Shown: piece after piece, positions 1-8,808 of the stretch
How positions within the stretch are numbered: position 1 is the stretch's first letter
How the letters are laid out: each line of letters opens with the position of its first letter
Assembly (NCBI GenBank): GCA_029781865.1
Contig: JAKOVW010000093.1
Location: 4,718 to 68,717 of the forward strand
DNA length: 64,000 bases
Source of the DNA: Bacteroidota bacterium
Lineage (GTDB): Bacteria > Bacteroidota > Bacteroidia > Chitinophagales > Saprospiraceae
Reading direction: 5' to 3'
The notes under the pieces: generated by a model
The model's input: only the letters and a program-made list of their open reading frames with translations
Told to the model about the DNA's origin: nothing
Databases searched by the model: none
Made by a program: the position numbers and the translations under genes

Positions 1-1253
1 CTAAACTGGTTTCTTCAGCGCTTGCTTTTAAATGCTGCAAAATATTAGCAAGATGCATTTTCATATGTCCGTATTGGATACCTGTAGTAACCAGGGAACG
101 GATAGCCGCAAAATTCTGTGCAAGCCCGGTAGCAGCTGTGATCATCATTAGTTCTTCTGCAGTAGGATTTTCAAGCAATTCCAATGAACGCTTAGCCATT
201 GGATGCAATGCAGTTAAACCACCAACGGTACCCAAAGCCAGGGGGATTTCCAGACTAAAATGAAACTGTCCGTTTTCTATTTTGCAATCACTCAAACTGC
301 TATACACACCGGATCTCGAAGCATAGGCATGTCCGCAGGCTTCAACGGCCCGAAAATCATTTGCCGTTGCAAGAACCACCGCATCGATGCCATTAAAAAT
401 TCCTTTGTTATGCGTCACTGCCCTGTACGGATCCCACTTTGCAATTTGCACTGCAGTATAAAATTTTTCGGCAAATTCATCCGCACTCAGATTTCCATTG
501 AACGCTCCTAATTCTGAAACAGGACAACTGACCCAGGTCCTTACCAAACATTCAGGAGTGTAGTTGGATAGAATGGACATGATAATCTCCAACTCACGTT
601 CATCATCATTGAGTGCTTCTGTTTGTGTGATGAATTGCTCCAGTGTATTGCTGAATGACTCGAGACAAGAGTTGATAAAATTTGCGCCCATCGAGTCACA
701 GGTCTTGAATGAAATCAGAAACTGATGATAATCTTTGATGACGTCCAGTTTTTTCAATTCAATCTCACCCACTCCTCCACCTCTTTCAATCATATTATGC
801 ATAAGCTCTTTTGCTCCATCCAACATCTTCAAACGCAATTCAGGTAATAACTTTTGCAATTTATTGGTATCCCCATTCCACAAAAAATGAATTTGACCGA
901 ATTTTTTGGTGTTCAACACTTCCGCATGTATGCCCCCTCTGTCCATCCAGAATTTTGCAGCAGATGAAGCAGCCGCTACCACGCTGCTTTCCTCGATAAC
1001 CATGGGCACACAATAGGCTTTATTGTTGATGAGAAAATTGGGAGCCACACTGAAAGGCAGAGGAAAATTGGTAATCGTATTTTCGCTGAATCCATCTAAA
1101 ATTTTTTGCTGATCTTCATTGTGATGCCAGTAACTCATTAGCTCATGCATCACATTTTCAGGATCTTTGAAAAAATTTTCAACCATCCATTTGATTTTCC
1201 CCCGTTTTGACAATTTGGAAAAACCCGATATGGTTTTTGTTTTTGTTACCATA
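1..1253 (-). CDS. Hydroxymethylglutaryl-CoA reductase, class II (N-terminal ~417 codons; C-terminus lies beyond window start)
   Basis: Absent from the ORF track because it runs off the window. Manual minus-strand translation from the ATG (plus-strand cat at 1251-1253) gives MVTKTKTISGFSKLSKRGKIKWMVENFF..PMVIEESSVVAAASSAAKFW..CDSMGANFINSCLES..ALGTVGGLTALHPMAK..TTGIQYGHMKMHLANI. These are typical class II HMGR blocks. The frame stays open to position 1. Confidence 0.85.
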
Positions 1254-1269
1254 TTTTTTTGGATTCCTA

Positions 1270-2286
1270 TCAGGATTTAATTTTAAGAAATGAATAGGCA
1301 AGATTCAAACCACGGATTTGCGATTGAATAAACATCCGCAGACTATCATAATCATCCATTGCAAATTTTAAAAAAGACGATGCCTGACCATAAATAGCCG
1401 GTATTTTACTTTTTTGGATCAGATAATAACCATCCAAAAAATCCTGCACTCCTCCGGAAATGATTAATTGCCTGCAAAGTATTTTAGATGTATCAGCAAT
1501 GTCATTGCAAAAGTCCACCATTTCCTCTGCAGTATGACCCACTTTAGTAAGTGGCAACAAAACCTGGTCTGCTGAATCATTTTGTCGTTGCATTTCCAAT
1601 ACCGAAAAATTAGTACCTCCGAAGGCTCCAAATTCAATGGCTTGCAAAGGAAGCTCCAACAATGCTTTCAGGCTTGATGGGCCCATTCCCTGTCCCACTT
1701 CTTTGACAATTACAGGGAAGCTGAATAAGTCCAATACTTTTTTGATACTGTCGATTGGCCTGGATTTAAACCGGTCCCCCTCGGGCTGCAGATATTCCTG
1801 TAATGGATTGATATGAATGATCAATCCATCTGCACGAAGCATTTGAACGATTTTCTTAATGTTCTCCTGTTGCTTGTTTTGCAACCATTGCTCTATTTGG
1901 GCAATGCCAAGATTGGCATAAAAAGGCAACTCACTTCCAATCAATGTGCGCATATCGAAATCGGGAAGATACTCCGGATGGTCAATCAGTTTGCGGCAAG
2001 AACCCAGACCCAGGCCCAATCCAAATTCTCTGCAGGCTCTGGCCAGATTTTGATTAATCCGTTGTGCCAATGCAGTTCCACCGGTCATGCTGGATACCCA
2101 AATCGGATATGCAAGAGTTTTATTCCCAAATGAAACTGCTTTGATTTCCTGATCGGAAGGATGCTGGCTTAATACCGGCTCATAGTAAAAGCGGGCATCA
2201 TTTAATTCTGCACCGGTTTTTGAGCCGATTGCCATTTCGATATGATCCTTCTTGCGGTCTGGCTGTGAATCGTTGTTTTTCGACAT
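1270..2286 (-). CDS. fni: Type 2 (FMN-dependent) isopentenyl-diphosphate delta-isomerase
   Basis: 338 aa with RKKDHIEMA, WVSSMTGG, VKEVGQGMG and FGAFGGTNF blocks typical of IDI-2. Its stop lies 16 nt upstream of the HMGR start on the same strand, suggesting an operon. Confidence 0.85.
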   Translation of the reverse strand: MSKNNDSQPDRKKDHIEMAIGSKTGAELNDARFYYEPVLSQHPSDQEIKAVSFGNKTLAYPIWVSSMTGGTALAQRINQNLARACREFGLGLGLGSCRKLIDHPEYLPDFDMRTLIGSELPFYANLGIAQIEQWLQNKQQENIKKIVQMLRADGLIIHINPLQEYLQPEGDRFKSRPIDSIKKVLDLFSFPVIVKEVGQGMGPSSLKALLELPLQAIEFGAFGGTNFSVLEMQRQNDSADQVLLPLTKVGHTAEEMVDFCNDIADTSKILCRQLIISGGVQDFLDGYYLIQKSKIPAIYGQASSFLKFAMDDYDSLRMFIQSQIRGLNLAYSFLKIKS

Positions 2287-2431
2287 TCTTTCTAATTGGA
2301 CAGGGGTATAACAAAGTAAAGCAAAAATGGATGAAAATCAACCGCGAATTACAAATTCCCATTAACCACTTGCCGGAAAATAATGTTATTCTAATACCCA
2401 AAAGCTCTTTTGCTCCAGGTCCATATATCCT

Positions 2432-2459
2432 TAGTAATTAGTAATTTGTAATTCACAAT
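2432..2459. repeat. Heptamer tandem repeat TAGTAAT TAGTAAT TTGTAAT TCACAAT
   Basis: Read directly from the sequence in the divergent intergenic region between fni and the S8 peptidase. The same TAGTAAT unit and the ATTCACAAT junction recur at 24931-24992. Confidence 0.8.
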
Positions 2460-2473
2460 TTGCTTATATTCTC

Positions 2474-2481
2474 TAACTTTG
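2474..2481 (+). promoter_or_regulatory. Bacteroidota-type -7 promoter box TAACTTTG (TAnnTTTG)
   Basis: Exact match to the TAnnTTTG consensus, ending 14 nt upstream of the ATG at 2496. Confidence 0.45.
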
Positions 2482-2495
2482 CAAAAATTTATTAA

Positions 2496-4202
2496 ATGCG
2501 ATATATCCTCTTTTTTTTACTGGTATTCGGGCAAATTATTAAGGCTCAGATTTCTCCGGATCTCTCCAGAAAAATGGTTTTGAATGAACTCACTCCGGTA
2601 CTGATTGAATTAAAACAACAGGCTGATTTATCGGGCGTTCAGGAATCCTGGACCAAAGAACAAAAGGCCAATTATGTCTACACCACTTTAAAATCTCACG
2701 CAGAGCTTACTCAAAATGCCCTGGTTAATTATTTGGAAAACCATCATATTGAGTACAGGGCTTTTTACCTGGTGAATGCAATTTGGGCGAAAGTGAACCA
2801 GGCTCAGATCCTGGAAATTGCTCAATTTCCGGAAATTCGCAGAGTTAGTTTCGACTCATATAGTCATGCCGTTCCGACTCAGGATAATACCTTATTACTA
2901 AGTAAGCGATCCCCCGAAGTGACCTGGGGAATCCTCAGGGTTGGAGCCGATAAAGTTTGGGCTAAAGGTTTTGAAGGGCAAGGTGTGGTAGTGGCCGGTA
3001 ACGACACAGGGATCAAATGGGATATTCCTGCAATTAAAGACAGATACCGGGGATTTAGCCACGATACTGTAAATCACAATTACAACTGGCACGATGCTAT
3101 TCACCATAACAGTCCACTGAGCAGTCCCGATAATAATCCCTGCGGCCTGGACGTGAAAGAACCTTGTGACGACAATTCGCATGGCACACATACCGTCGGA
3201 ACCATGGTCGGGCTCACCTCAGATCATGCCATCGGAATGGCCCCAAAGGCTCAATTCATCGGTTGCAGAAATATGGAAAGAGGCAATGGCGCACCTTCCA
3301 CGTATATCGAATGCTTCGAATTTTTCCTTGCACCATATAATCTGGATGGCAAAAATGCAAAACCGGAGCTCGCTCCTCATGTCATCAATGACAGCTGGTA
3401 TTGCAGCCTCGAAGAAGGTTGTGATACCTCCACTTTTCCGATTATGGAAGTGGTAGTTGAAAATTTGAGGGCAGCAGGAATCGTCGTCGTGGTATCTGCC
3501 GGAAACGATGGAGCTTCGTGCAATACCTTAAATCATATTCCCGCTCTGTACAAAAACAGCTTTTCCGTTGGCGCTTTTGCTCCAAACGAAATGATCAGTA
3601 GCTTTAGCAGTTGCGGTCCGGTCAATAATTATAAGAGTGTCATTACCAAACCCAATGTCGTGGCTCCGGGATCAGACGTCTTGTCTATGCTTCCCGATGG
3701 TAGCTATGCCTCCTGGAATGGTACTAGTATGGCAGGTCCGCATGTTGCAGGTTTAGTTGCACTTATGATATCAGCTAATCCGGTATTAGCCGGACACGTC
3801 GAACAAATTGAAACGATTATTGAAGAAACGGCGGAACGGTTCCATCCTGATTTTGATTGCTTTCCGTTTTCCGGTATGAGTGTTCCAAATAATGTATATG
3901 GTTTCGGTCTAATCAATGCCGACAAGGCTGTTGAACGCGCACTACTTGCAGTTCGCACTGAAAACGCAAAAGGTAAAGATGAATTCAGGATTTATCCGAA
4001 CCCGTCTAAAAATGAAATTCATATTGACAGACCATCGGCAGAACCCGTTTTAATAAGTATTAAAGATGTATTTGGAAAAACCTGGATCCATCTGGCAATG
4101 AATGGCAAATCTAATACGATCAATATCTCCGGATTAAATTCAGGTGTTTATTTTATTTCAAATGAGAATACAAAGAAAACATATTCGCTGATCAAGCTTT
4201 GA
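2496..4202 (+). CDS. Secreted subtilisin-family (S8) serine peptidase with T9SS C-terminal sorting domain
   Basis: Signal peptide MRYILFFLLVFGQIIKAQ. Catalytic triad contexts are AGNDTGI (Asp), HGTHTVGT (His) and GTSMAGPHVAG (Ser). The C-terminal ~75 aa (FRIYPNPSKNEIHI...GVYFIS...LIKL) resemble a Por/T9SS secretion tail. Confidence 0.9.
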   Translation: MRYILFFLLVFGQIIKAQISPDLSRKMVLNELTPVLIELKQQADLSGVQESWTKEQKANYVYTTLKSHAELTQNALVNYLENHHIEYRAFYLVNAIWAKVNQAQILEIAQFPEIRRVSFDSYSHAVPTQDNTLLLSKRSPEVTWGILRVGADKVWAKGFEGQGVVVAGNDTGIKWDIPAIKDRYRGFSHDTVNHNYNWHDAIHHNSPLSSPDNNPCGLDVKEPCDDNSHGTHTVGTMVGLTSDHAIGMAPKAQFIGCRNMERGNGAPSTYIECFEFFLAPYNLDGKNAKPELAPHVINDSWYCSLEEGCDTSTFPIMEVVVENLRAAGIVVVVSAGNDGASCNTLNHIPALYKNSFSVGAFAPNEMISSFSSCGPVNNYKSVITKPNVVAPGSDVLSMLPDGSYASWNGTSMAGPHVAGLVALMISANPVLAGHVEQIETIIEETAERFHPDFDCFPFSGMSVPNNVYGFGLINADKAVERALLAVRTENAKGKDEFRIYPNPSKNEIHIDRPSAEPVLISIKDVFGKTWIHLAMNGKSNTINISGLNSGVYFISNENTKKTYSLIKL

Positions 4203-4220
4203 TAATTTGACTTTGTTGAA

Positions 4221-5267
4221 ATGAGAAAACTTTATAATCGCATCAATCGCGAGGAACTGATTCAAAAAATGGTTCATAGCACAGAACCAAGGACTACACT
4301 TTCATTTTACAAATATCATAAAATTGAAAATCCACCTTTCTTCAGAAACTATCTTTATGAAAAGCTGGATGACATTCAAACACTTGGACGAATTTATCTG
4401 GCAAAGGAAGGGATCAATGGACAGATCTCCGTCCCGGATCAAAACATAGATTCATTTAAAACGATTATGGATGATATTGAATTCCTTAAAGGGATTCGTC
4501 TTAATTATGCCATTGAAGATGACGGCAAATCGTTTTTTAAACTAATCATCAAAGTAAGAAAAAAAATTGTCGCTGACGGAATCGAAGATCCGGACTTTGA
4601 CTCATCTGATTGCGGCATCCATTTAAATGCCCGTGAATTTAATGAATTGGCTTCCAAAAAGGACACGATTATTGTGGACATGCGCAATCATTATGAATCC
4701 GAAGTCGGTCATTTTGAAAATGCAATCCTGCCACAGGCCGTAACCTTCAGAGAAGAATTGCCAATGGTTAAAGAAATGCTTTCCGATCAGAAAGAAAAAG
4801 ATATTATCATGTACTGCACCGGAGGCATACGTTGCGAAAAAGCCAGTGCTTATCTGAAGCACGCGGGATTCAAAAATGTCTACCAGTTAAATGGCGGCAT
4901 TATCGAATATGCCAGGCAAGTCCACGAACAAAGTCTGGAGAATAAATTTCTCGGTAAGAATTTTGTATTTGACGAACGACTTGGCGAACGCATCTCGGAT
5001 GAAATCATCAGCCGTTGCCATCAATGCGGGACACCATGTGACTCTCATGTGAATTGTAAAAATGATCAATGTCATATATTGTTTATTCAATGTCCGGATT
5101 GTGCAAAAAAATATGAAAATTGTTGTTCCCGCCGCTGTGCTGACTTTATAAAACTGGATCATCAAACTCAGATTCAATTAAAAACCATGATTGAATTCAA
5201 TGGCAGCAAATTTTCAAAAGGGAGGTATAAGGCCCTGGGAAAAGACGAGGCCCTGAATGTGAGTTAG
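4221..5267 (+). CDS. trhO: Rhodanese-domain tRNA uridine(34) hydroxylase (UPF0176/YceA family)
   Basis: 348 aa. Contains the YCTGGIRCEKASAYL rhodanese active-site loop and a Cys-rich C-terminal extension (CHQCGTPCDSHVNCKNDQCH..CPDC), typical of TrhO/YceA. Confidence 0.8.
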   Translation: MRKLYNRINREELIQKMVHSTEPRTTLSFYKYHKIENPPFFRNYLYEKLDDIQTLGRIYLAKEGINGQISVPDQNIDSFKTIMDDIEFLKGIRLNYAIEDDGKSFFKLIIKVRKKIVADGIEDPDFDSSDCGIHLNAREFNELASKKDTIIVDMRNHYESEVGHFENAILPQAVTFREELPMVKEMLSDQKEKDIIMYCTGGIRCEKASAYLKHAGFKNVYQLNGGIIEYARQVHEQSLENKFLGKNFVFDERLGERISDEIISRCHQCGTPCDSHVNCKNDQCHILFIQCPDCAKKYENCCSRRCADFIKLDHQTQIQLKTMIEFNGSKFSKGRYKALGKDEALNVS

Positions 5268-5666
5268 ATTTCAAACAGAATACTGTTGTTGATTGGATAC
5301 AACTGGAAACAAACCATGATTCATTTACAGATCGTATTTGATTCCATATTAGATTAATCGGAAAAGTATAAACACATTAGAATTTACATTAAATTTAGGG
5401 AAATTGATGAATGTGTTTGACTCTAATTTTTGGAATATTCGAATATTCTATACGAGATAATTGATTCACTTTTTAAGTTTTAATTGCTAAATTCAAATAC
5501 GCTTACAGAATTTATTTACTCAAACAGGAAGAATGCAGTTTCACATTGCTTGTACCCGATTTGTCCAGCTGTGTTACATATAACGAAAACGTTGATGAAA
5601 CAATAACAATGAATGGAGTAACTATAACTCATTACACAGAAAATTGTACCTTTGTTCTTATTATTA

Positions 5667-5894
5667 ATGGCAAAGGCTAAAAATATGCATAAAAAACAAC
5701 TCCATCCGCAATACATCACAGACACTGCAGGAAAAAAACTTGTGATTATTCCACAAGAAGAATTTGATTCAATAATAGAAGAATTAGAAGTTGAGGAAGA
5801 TATTGCACTGTATGAAAAAGCTAAAAAAGAAGATGACGGTGAGCGGATTTTATTTTCTGATTATTTGAAGAATCGAAAGAAAATAAATGGCTAA
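5667..5894 (+). CDS. Type II antitoxin (Phd/RelB-like) of a RelE/ParE module
   Basis: Small acidic protein (..KKLVIIPQEEFDSIIEELEVEEDIALYEKAKKEDDG..). Its stop overlaps the ATG of the downstream RelE/ParE-like frame by 8 nt (ATGGCTAA). The start is set at the first ATG (5667); the track ORF begins at a TTG at 5652. Confidence 0.7.
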   Translation: MAKAKNMHKKQLHPQYITDTAGKKLVIIPQEEFDSIIEELEVEEDIALYEKAKKEDDGERILFSDYLKNRKKING

Positions 5895-6144
5895 CTATTC
5901 CGTACAATTATCTACAAAGGCTAAAAAATATCTTGATAAATTATCTGACAGTATTGCGCAACCTATTTTTGATGCCATAAGTAGTTTAGAAACTGACCCT
6001 CGTCCAGGTGGCTGTATAAAACTGAAAAGTTAGGATGCGTATCGCATTCGAGTTGGTAATTATAGAATTATTTATGAAATTTTTGATGAAATTCTTATTG
6101 TAGACGTTATAGAGCTGGGACATAGAAAGGATGTGTACAAATGA
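5887..6144 (+). pseudogene. RelE/ParE-family toxin interrupted by an in-frame TAG (codon 49, nt 6031-6033)
   Basis: Manual translation gives MANYSVQLSTKAKKYLDKLSDSIAQPIFDAISSLETDPRPGGCIKLKS*DAYRIRVGNYRIIYEIFDEILIVDVIELGHRKDVYK*. The YRIRVGNYRIIY..IGHRKDVY core of RelE/ParE toxins lies after the stop in the same frame. The ORF track misses it because each half is under 60 aa. Confidence 0.75.
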
Positions 6145-6159
6145 TATATTACAAAATTC

Positions 6160-6744
6160 ATGATTGCTAAACTGTATATTCCAATATTAATTCTATATTT
6201 TTTATTATTAATTCTCACATCTTCCTGTCAAACCCATGAATTATCCATCGGATCACCTGCACCCGAACTCGTCTCCGTCCAATGGATTCAATCTCCTCCG
6301 TTAAAGCTTAAAGATCTTAAAGGCAAAGTTGTCTTATTGCGATGGTGGACAGATGAATGTATTTTTTGTATCAATTCCGCTGATGCTTTGAATGAATGGT
6401 ATCAGATGTATGCCGATTCCGGCCTTGTCATCATCGGACTGTATCACCCGAAACCGGAACCAAAAACCTGCAATCCAGAAGACGTGAGAGAATATGCAGG
6501 GGATAAAGAATTTCACTTTCCAATTGCAATTGATGATCAATGGCTGAATCTCAAAAAATTCTGGCTGAATAACCGAAAAAGAGATTTTACTTCTGCAAGC
6601 TTTCTCATAGACCGGAATGGAATTATAAGATACATTCATCCGGGAGGTGAATATCACAAAGAATTTTCGGAAGGGCATCAAAAATGTGTCGATGATTTTA
6701 ATGCATTGCAAACTAATCTAATCCAATGTATCCGAACTAAATGA
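6160..6744 (+). CDS. Exported thioredoxin-fold thiol:disulfide oxidoreductase (TlpA/AhpC-TSA-like)
   Basis: N-terminal signal or lipoprotein segment (LLILTSSCQ) and a WWTDECIFCINS CxxC motif in a thioredoxin-fold context. Confidence 0.7.
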   Translation: MIAKLYIPILILYFLLLILTSSCQTHELSIGSPAPELVSVQWIQSPPLKLKDLKGKVVLLRWWTDECIFCINSADALNEWYQMYADSGLVIIGLYHPKPEPKTCNPEDVREYAGDKEFHFPIAIDDQWLNLKKFWLNNRKRDFTSASFLIDRNGIIRYIHPGGEYHKEFSEGHQKCVDDFNALQTNLIQCIRTK

Positions 6745-6942
6745 GCCAGATTTCCAAAAGATCAATGACTATAATCGCCTCTCTATTTTTTTACGACATT
6801 GAACCTCAGGAAGAACGCCCAGAGTGCAGAATATTTGGAACCATGAAAAAAATTTACTTCGCGCCCTTTGCGGAAACTTTGCGTCTTTGTATTTAAGCAA
6901 AATAGGTTACGAAGTACCACCATTTAGACTTAATTTTGCCAC

Positions 6943-7710
6943 ATGTCCAAAGGTATTTTAAAAGAAATACAAAAAAAGAAATCACTTGGGATTAAAAGCC
7001 TTGCCGTATTGGTGGATCCTGATCATTCCAGCTTAAAAAATTTTGAGCACACAATTGAGTTGGCCAATGAATGCAAAGTAGATTATTTTTTCATTGGAGG
7101 AAGTCTGCTGATACAAGACAGAATGGATGAATGTATCAAATTCATCCGGGAAACAAGTAATATTCCCATTGTACTTTTTCCGGGCAATAATTACCAGATT
7201 CATGCAAATGCGGATGCTATTTTATTATTGTCTTTGATCTCCGGCAGAAATCCCGATTATCTTATCGGCAAACATGTCGAGTCGTCCATGCGATTGTTTG
7301 CAAGTAAACTGGAAATTATTTCAACCGCCTATTTATTGATCGATGGACAGAATAGTAATACAGCAGCCTATATCAGTCAAACTTTACCCATCCCTGCCAA
7401 TAAACCTGAAATAGCTTTAGCTACCGCCATGGCGGGTCAATTGCTCAACATGCAGATGATTTATCTGGATGCAGGCAGCGGAGCTAAAATTCCTGTACCG
7501 CAAAATATGATTGAAAAATTGCAGGCCTACATTAAAGTTCCAATAATTGTTGGTGGTGGCCTCCGCGACACAGATTCAGTCCATCAATCATTACAGGCCG
7601 GCGCGGACCTTGTTGTAATTGGAAATGCGCTGGAGGAAAATCCAAAATGGATCAAACGCTTTTCTGAAGTAGTTCATCAGTTTTCTCCTTTACAAGTTAA
7701 AAAGAAATAG
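6943..7710 (+). CDS. Geranylgeranylglyceryl/heptaprenylglyceryl phosphate synthase family protein (PcrB/GGGPS)
   Basis: 255 aa TIM-barrel-like protein with LVDPD, FIGGS, YLDAGSGA and VGGGLR blocks characteristic of the GGGPS/PcrB family. Confidence 0.75.
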   Translation: MSKGILKEIQKKKSLGIKSLAVLVDPDHSSLKNFEHTIELANECKVDYFFIGGSLLIQDRMDECIKFIRETSNIPIVLFPGNNYQIHANADAILLLSLISGRNPDYLIGKHVESSMRLFASKLEIISTAYLLIDGQNSNTAAYISQTLPIPANKPEIALATAMAGQLLNMQMIYLDAGSGAKIPVPQNMIEKLQAYIKVPIIVGGGLRDTDSVHQSLQAGADLVVIGNALEENPKWIKRFSEVVHQFSPLQVKKK

Positions 7711-7711
7711 C

Positions 7712-8659
7712 ATGACTGGATTGATCATGCGTTCTACCGGCAGTTGGTATGAAGTTCTTCTTGATAATGAAGATAGAATTGTTTCCTGCCGCATTGTAGG
7801 GAAGTTGAAATTGGAAAGAGACAATATTACAAATCCCGTTGCTGTCGGAGATAAAGTTGAACTCGAATTGGAAAACCAGCAACAGGGTATCATCAATTCC
7901 ATTTTACCCCGTAAAAATTTCATAGCCCGTCAGTCGCCCAAGTCGCGTTTACAGATTCATTTGATTGCCTGTAACATTGATCAGGCTATGTTGATTACTT
8001 CCATGCGGGAACCTGATTTGAAACCTGGATTCATTGATCGGTTTTTGTTGACCACCGAACCGCAAAATATACCTGTTCTTATTGTCTTCAATAAATGGGA
8101 TATATACACTGATAAAAACAAAAGAGAATTTGAAGAGATAAAGACCATTTACGAACAGATCGGATATGAAGTAATTGCTGCTTCTTCCCTAAACAATCTT
8201 GGCATTGATCAGCTGAAAGAGAAACTCAAAAATAAAACAACTTTGATTTCCGGTCAATCCGGTGTTGGCAAGTCTTCGCTCATTAATAAACTGAGTCCCG
8301 GATTAGACTTAAAAACAAGCAAACTGTCCGGTTATAGCGGAAAAGGTATACATACCACCACTTTCGCAGAAATGTTTAAACTGGACTTTGATGGTTTCAT
8401 TATTGATACACCGGGTATAAAATCGCTGTCCTTTAATAATTTAAGCGTTATGGATGTCGCCCATAATTTCAGAGAGTTTTTTGAAATTTCGGATAAATGC
8501 CGATTCGGATCTAACTGTTCACACCGAAACGAACCGGATTGCGCTGTAAAGTCAGAAATTGAAAAAGGAACCATAAGCGAAATACGGTATAAAAATTACC
8601 TGAACGTAGTCGAGGAAATTGAGGCTATGAATTATTGGGAGCGAAATAAAAAATTCTGA
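7712..8659 (+). CDS. rsgA: Ribosome small-subunit-dependent GTPase A
   Basis: Circularly permuted GTPase with NKWD (G4) before GQSGVGKSSLIN (G1). C-terminal zinc knuckle CRFGSNCSHRNEPDCAV. Confidence 0.9.
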   Translation: MTGLIMRSTGSWYEVLLDNEDRIVSCRIVGKLKLERDNITNPVAVGDKVELELENQQQGIINSILPRKNFIARQSPKSRLQIHLIACNIDQAMLITSMREPDLKPGFIDRFLLTTEPQNIPVLIVFNKWDIYTDKNKREFEEIKTIYEQIGYEVIAASSLNNLGIDQLKEKLKNKTTLISGQSGVGKSSLINKLSPGLDLKTSKLSGYSGKGIHTTTFAEMFKLDFDGFIIDTPGIKSLSFNNLSVMDVAHNFREFFEISDKCRFGSNCSHRNEPDCAVKSEIEKGTISEIRYKNYLNVVEEIEAMNYWERNKKF

Positions 8660-8681
8660 AAGTCTATTATCAATGGGAAGC

Positions 8682-8702
8682 GATGAGTGATGAGTGATGA
8701 GT
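8682..8702. repeat. Heptamer tandem repeat (GATGAGT)x3
   Basis: Read directly; lies in the convergent intergenic region between rsgA and the PrsW-like gene. Confidence 0.8.
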
Positions 8703-8808
8703 TGAAACGCAATTGATTATTCAATAGATTATTCTTCTTTAGATAAATCTCAATAATTGTTTTGCAAATTAAAATTATTCACTTGGATATGTGAAGCTTG
8801 AATGAATT

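Noticed and set aside
5433-5448. Perfect 16-bp palindrome GAATATTCGAATATTC, considered as a possible antitoxin operator
   Set aside because: It lies about 220 nt upstream of the antitoxin start. Roughly one 16-bp perfect palindrome is expected by chance in 64 kb, and more in AT-rich DNA. It has not been disproved, but support is weak.
6031-6033. TAG in the toxin gene as programmed recoding (pyrrolysine or readthrough)
   Set aside because: No pyl genes or recoding signals are visible, and Bacteroidota are not known to use Pyl. A nonsense mutation or sequencing error is far more parsimonious.
6931-6938. TAATTTTG -7 box match upstream of the GGGPS-family gene
   Set aside because: It ends only 4 nt before the ATG, so transcription would start inside or after the start codon unless the mRNA is leaderless with a different start. 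It is too uncertain to call.
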